Source: a virus. Taken from it: a stretch of 64,000 nucleotides of DNA. The stretch spans positions 41,296 through 105,295 of the IMG/VR virus record IMGVR_UViG_3300002098_001673, one strand, 5' to 3'. Position numbers and translations under genes: made by a program. Positions 60,205-64,000 of the stretch are shown here, piece by piece; the stretch's first letter is position 1; every line of letters starts with the position of its first letter. Under the pieces are notes generated by a model, which was not told where the DNA came from, ran no database searches, and saw only the letters and a program-made list of their open reading frames with translations.

Positions 60205-61707
60205 ATGTCAATTTTAAGGTCATACATAAATAAGAATAATACAATAGTTTCTAATTCAATTGTTAATACAGGTAGAAATCCTGTTATTGAATTAAACTTT
60301 GGTGCATCAGATTTAATCGTACCAAATTACGGATACACTAGATTTATATTTGATTTAGATTTAAGTTTATTAAGAAATGATATCCAATCAGGTGTTATAT
60401 CAACAGGATGTACTTCAGCGATGACTCACACACTTCAAATGACCAATACATCATCATTTGACAATGAGTTATTAAACACATTCATGTCAAATGAAAGAAG
60501 AAGGGCAACGTCATTCGATTTAATACTTTTTAGAATTCCAAAAATATCAGGAGATACAGGAAACTCACAATATTGGGATGAGGGCGTTGGATATGACTAT
60601 AACGATTTTAATATAACAAAAAATAGTCCTTATGGTGGGTCTACACCATTAACTTATGTTGATAGTAGAGATTTCTCAACAAGACCATCCAATTGGTATC
60701 AAACAACAACAATATCAAATTGGTCTCAGCCAGGAATTTATGATAATAAGAATAGTGGAGTAGTTAATTATTCAGGTTTAACTATCATTGCAAGACAACA
60801 TTTTGAATTTGGTGACGAAGATATTGAAATGGATATGACAGATGAAATTCAAGGTGTATTAGACGGTTCCATTACAGGTGTAACTGGCTGGGGAATTGCT
60901 TATTTACCTCAAATTGAGAATATAACAGGTCTTACTGACAGTTATAGTGTTGCGTTCTTTTCAAGGCATACCCAAACATTTTATCAACCATATCTTTTAA
61001 CAAATTATAATGATTTAATTCAAGATGGTAGAAATTTATTTTTAAAAAATCAAGAAAATAAATTATTTCTTTATATATATCAAAATGGAGATTTAGTTAA
61101 TTTAGACAATTTACCTTTTGTTAGAATTGAAGATAGGAATGGTGTTGCAATTTCAGGTATGGGTTCACTAACAACTTGTTTAAGAACTAAAGGTGTTTAT
61201 GAAGTTATAGTTCCAAATGGTTTTTCTGGTAGTCCCACTCCTTGCGAATATTTTGATATATGGTCTGGATTAACAATAAATGGTCAAAGTATACCTAATG
61301 TTACAAATCAATTTATTTTACAAAATTATACCGCAGGAATAACAATAGGTTCAAAATCCAAAGACCCGGAAATTTATGGATTTGACTTTTATGGGATATT
61401 ACAAAATGAAAAAATATTAAATTCTGATATAAGAAAAGTTGGTGTAACAATCAAAAAGGCATATACAGGACAACAATTATTATTAAATGTTTCTGCATTT
61501 TATAGAGTATATGTTAAAGAAGGAACAACCGAAGTTCAAGTTCAAGATTGGACACCAATTAATAGAACACCAAATGAATATTATTTTATATTCGATATGA
61601 GAGATAAAATACCTAATGAATATTATGTTGATATTCAAGTGAATACTAGCGGAGAAAAAGATACTTATAAAAAACAATTAACCTTTCAAATAGTAAATAA
61701 AAAATGA
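60205..61707 (+). CDS. Probable virion structural protein
   Basis: NTG.NPVIEL, YTRFIFD, WDEGVGYDY, FFSRHTQTFYQPYL. Confidence 0.6.
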   Translation: MSILRSYINKNNTIVSNSIVNTGRNPVIELNFGASDLIVPNYGYTRFIFDLDLSLLRNDIQSGVISTGCTSAMTHTLQMTNTSSFDNELLNTFMSNERRRATSFDLILFRIPKISGDTGNSQYWDEGVGYDYNDFNITKNSPYGGSTPLTYVDSRDFSTRPSNWYQTTTISNWSQPGIYDNKNSGVVNYSGLTIIARQHFEFGDEDIEMDMTDEIQGVLDGSITGVTGWGIAYLPQIENITGLTDSYSVAFFSRHTQTFYQPYLLTNYNDLIQDGRNLFLKNQENKLFLYIYQNGDLVNLDNLPFVRIEDRNGVAISGMGSLTTCLRTKGVYEVIVPNGFSGSPTPCEYFDIWSGLTINGQSIPNVTNQFILQNYTAGITIGSKSKDPEIYGFDFYGILQNEKILNSDIRKVGVTIKKAYTGQQLLLNVSAFYRVYVKEGTTEVQVQDWTPINRTPNEYYFIFDMRDKIPNEYYVDIQVNTSGEKDTYKKQLTFQIVNKK

Positions 61708-62168
61708 GTAAAATAATTAAACTAACAGAAACTGATTTACAAAACTTAGTTAAAAAAGTTTTAAAAGAACAAGAATCACCAAACTACATGTTTTTTAGTA
61801 ATTTAGAACAAATTAAAAGACAGTGTGAGTTATTAATGGAATTAGACCCAAATCAAATTGATGATATTTTAATGAATGGTCACGATTGGGCTGATGACCA
61901 TGTAACAGTTGCGAAGGAAAATATTGACCAAGTGTTTGATTTTATGATGAATGAAACAAAAAGAGGTGATATGAATGATGAAGAAGATGTGATGATTGAG
62001 GGTGCAAAAAAAACTGGTACTAAATTATGTGCAAGAGGAAAAGCAGCTGCAAAGGCAAAATTTAAAATTTACCCCTCCGCTTATGGAAATGGGTTTGCCG
62101 TTCAAGTATGTCAAGGTAAAATAAAAGGATTAGACGGAAAAAAACATTGCTCAGGAGCTTATTGTTAA
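61704..62168 (+). CDS. Hypothetical protein with basic Cys-containing C-terminus
   Basis: KLTETDL N-terminus; LCARGKAAAKAKFKIYPSAYGN. Confidence 0.6.
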   Translation: MSKIIKLTETDLQNLVKKVLKEQESPNYMFFSNLEQIKRQCELLMELDPNQIDDILMNGHDWADDHVTVAKENIDQVFDFMMNETKRGDMNDEEDVMIEGAKKTGTKLCARGKAAAKAKFKIYPSAYGNGFAVQVCQGKIKGLDGKKHCSGAYC

Positions 62169-62178
62169 AAAATTTTAT

Positions 62179-62186
62179 TATCTTTG
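62179..62186 (+). promoter_or_regulatory. Bacteroidota-type -7 promoter element
   Basis: TATCTTTG 17 nt before ATG 62204. Confidence 0.5.
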
Positions 62187-62203
62187 TTTTATAATTTATA
62201 AAA

Positions 62204-62599
62204 ATGATAAAGAAATCTGGATTACTGTTTAATGTTTTTTTATATCTTAGAGACAAATTTGACCCAAAGCCTCCAGTTACTGAGGAAGTTAATACTTGTA
62301 CTCAGATAGTTTTAAAATTGATGGACTTTCCTGAAACAGAATTTATATATACTCCGATATCAAACAAAAGATTTGTTGTAAATGAGGAAAAAGAAATGTC
62401 AGTAACTATTGAAAATAGAGTTGTTCATATTATAAACCATATCTATAGTTATAGTGTTTATATAGAAGATAACAAATGTTTTCAAGATATTATAGATAAA
62501 TTCAATTATATTTCTGAAAAAAAGAAAGTTGAATTAGAAGAAAAAATTGTTAATAATATTAAACATTCTTTAAAGAAAATTTTAGAGAATCTTAATTAA
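62204..62599 (+). CDS. Hypothetical protein
   Basis: Clean 131 aa ORF. Confidence 0.6.
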   Translation: MIKKSGLLFNVFLYLRDKFDPKPPVTEEVNTCTQIVLKLMDFPETEFIYTPISNKRFVVNEEKEMSVTIENRVVHIINHIYSYSVYIEDNKCFQDIIDKFNYISEKKKVELEEKIVNNIKHSLKKILENLN

Positions 62600-63275
62600 T
62601 ACTTTCTCTAATAATCTTTTTAATTAATTCTTTTAATGACTCATTTCTAGGTTTATAGTGAGTCATTTTAGGTTTGTTTCCTGTACCTGATTTAGAATGA
62701 GTTTTTTCTGCTTTTCTTTTTTGTTGACATGCTGATTTTTTTTGAGAGTCAGTCATTTTAGACGCAACTCCAGCTGCTCTACATTTAGGATAACCTTTAT
62801 CACTTGCATCAGGTCTACCACAAGGAGGATGACCGCCACCTTCTTTTTTTCTACATATATTAACCCAAGGTCCTTTAGGTTGAGAACTTCCTTTTGGTTT
62901 TTTCTTTGTTCCAAACCAAACAGCTAAATCTTCTCTAATTAGTTGTTCTTCTATTTTTCCTCCAGGTTCATCTTCTAACTGACCAATACTACTACCATCG
63001 TCATCATTTTGGTATGTATAGAATTTTTTTAGATAAGTATCTAATGCCGATATCTTTTCAGTTTTAGCTTCAATTTTTTTTCTTTGTTCAGGAGTTTCTA
63101 TAAAATCTTCATCAGCTTCTTCGTAAGCTAATTCAGCATTTATATAACTATAAACAGGATTTGTATAAGGTTCTAATTGGTCTTTTTCCCATTTTTGAGG
63201 TGCAAGTACTATTGGAACTTTAAAATGTCCAGAGCCTCCTGAACCTGTTGCTTCACTAATTTGTTTTTTATTCAT
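62592..63275 (-). CDS. Hypothetical protein with WF...PCGR...YPKC domain
   Basis: EDLAVWF, PWVNIC, PCGR, YPKCR; probable start 63275. Confidence 0.65.
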   Translation of the reverse strand: MNKKQISEATGSGGSGHFKVPIVLAPQKWEKDQLEPYTNPVYSYINAELAYEEADEDFIETPEQRKKIEAKTEKISALDTYLKKFYTYQNDDDGSSIGQLEDEPGGKIEEQLIREDLAVWFGTKKKPKGSSQPKGPWVNICRKKEGGGHPPCGRPDASDKGYPKCRAAGVASKMTDSQKKSACQQKRKAEKTHSKSGTGNKPKMTHYKPRNESLKELIKKIIRESIN

Positions 63276-63310
63276 ATATTTCACTAATATAAATATATTA
63301 ACATTACGTT

Positions 63311-63568
63311 ATGAACGAAGAAAAACAACCTTTAGGTTATCTATTTGAAAGTATTGTATATTATTCTCCATCAGATATTGATAATTTTATTGATTCCATA
63401 AATAAACATCAATCTTATTATGTGATAAACAAAGCAATTGAAATGGCTTACACTAAAAATGTCTTTTCATTACAAGAATCAGAAATATTATCAAAATCAT
63501 TAAGAATAATAAATTCAGAATATTTAAATAACAATGACAGAACAGAACAGAAATCAAATGATATCTAG
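63311..63568 (+). CDS. Hypothetical protein
   Basis: Clean 85 aa ORF. Confidence 0.6.
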   Translation: MNEEKQPLGYLFESIVYYSPSDIDNFIDSINKHQSYYVINKAIEMAYTKNVFSLQESEILSKSLRIINSEYLNNNDRTEQKSNDI

Positions 63569-63722
63569 AATTATTGAATTAGAATATCAAAATATGAGAT
63601 TAATTTTTGATGGACATAAACCAACTAAAAACGATTTTTTTGAACCAAATAGAAAAGAAATGGACATTCTTCGTTGTATTGTTTTTGGATACGACTCAAA
63701 ATTTTGTAAAATTAAAAATTAA
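63534..63722 (+). CDS. Hypothetical protein
   Basis: 62 aa ORF overlapping previous gene. Confidence 0.45.
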   Translation: MTEQNRNQMISRIIELEYQNMRLIFDGHKPTKNDFFEPNRKEMDILRCIVFGYDSKFCKIKN

Positions 63723-63755
63723 CATAACAAAATTATTTTTTTAAATTAATTTCGT

Positions 63756-63763
63756 TATGTTTG
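63756..63763 (+). promoter_or_regulatory. Bacteroidota-type -7 promoter element
   Basis: TATGTTTG just before ATG 63769. Confidence 0.4.
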
Positions 63764-63768
63764 CAATT

Positions 63769-64000
63769 ATGAATTTAAGATTAAAGAAAATAATTTTTGA
63801 TAAATTATATGATGATTTATCAAATGTGGAAATAATTCCATATAATAATTCTATATGGTTTATTGACCGTGAAAAAGAATATTGGTATTTTGAATACAGA
63901 AAAACAGGAAAATTATACTGGAGATGGGAATTTTTTAGATATTTTTTTCAATTATTTTCATTAGATATGAAAGAATATGAACAGATTATGTCTGAATGGG
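63769..64000 (+). CDS. Partial hypothetical protein (runs off window)
   Basis: MNLRLKKIIFDKLYDDLS... open to window end. Confidence 0.55.
   Translation, partial: MNLRLKKIIFDKLYDDLSNVEIIPYNNSIWFIDREKEYWYFEYRKTGKLYWRWEFFRYFFQLFSLDMKEYEQIMSEW

Noticed and set aside
1-64000. Stop-codon reassignment as in some large phages
   Set aside because: Genes are full length and tightly packed under the standard code, and TAG, TGA and TAA all end genes
1-64000. tRNA, rRNA or group I intron
   Set aside because: Intergenic gaps are short and AT-rich; no cloverleaf or intron core recognised by eye

Overview
This 64 kb window is very AT-rich, densely coding and looks like part of a large contractile-tailed (jumbo-type) phage genome. 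The host is plausibly a Bacteroidota species: TAnnTTTG promoter motifs are present and there is little Shine-Dalgarno signal. It contains a tail module (tape measure, tail assembly chaperone, tube, sheath), neck/head-closure genes, a SNF2 helicase, a family B DNA polymerase, dUTPase, PhoH, a gp55-like sigma factor and a gp5-like spike. Two large glycosyltransferase/methyltransferase islands flank fibre-like genes, one of which has mucin-like Pro-Thr repeats. The most striking item is the SNF2 helicase, which carries two inteins. The second has no in-frame endonuclease but nests a complete Zn-finger + DUF559/Vsr-like endonuclease gene in the +1 frame, so about 800 nt is dual-coding. The first is a Gly-starting class 3 (WCT) LAGLIDADG intein. 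Other notable items are a form IV RuBisCO-like protein in a nucleotide-sugar operon, a candidate +1 frameshift in the tail chaperone, a circularly permuted P-domain, a recurrent TATTTAT upstream motif and a probable pseudo-dehydrogenase. All family calls come from motif recognition by eye; no database search was run.
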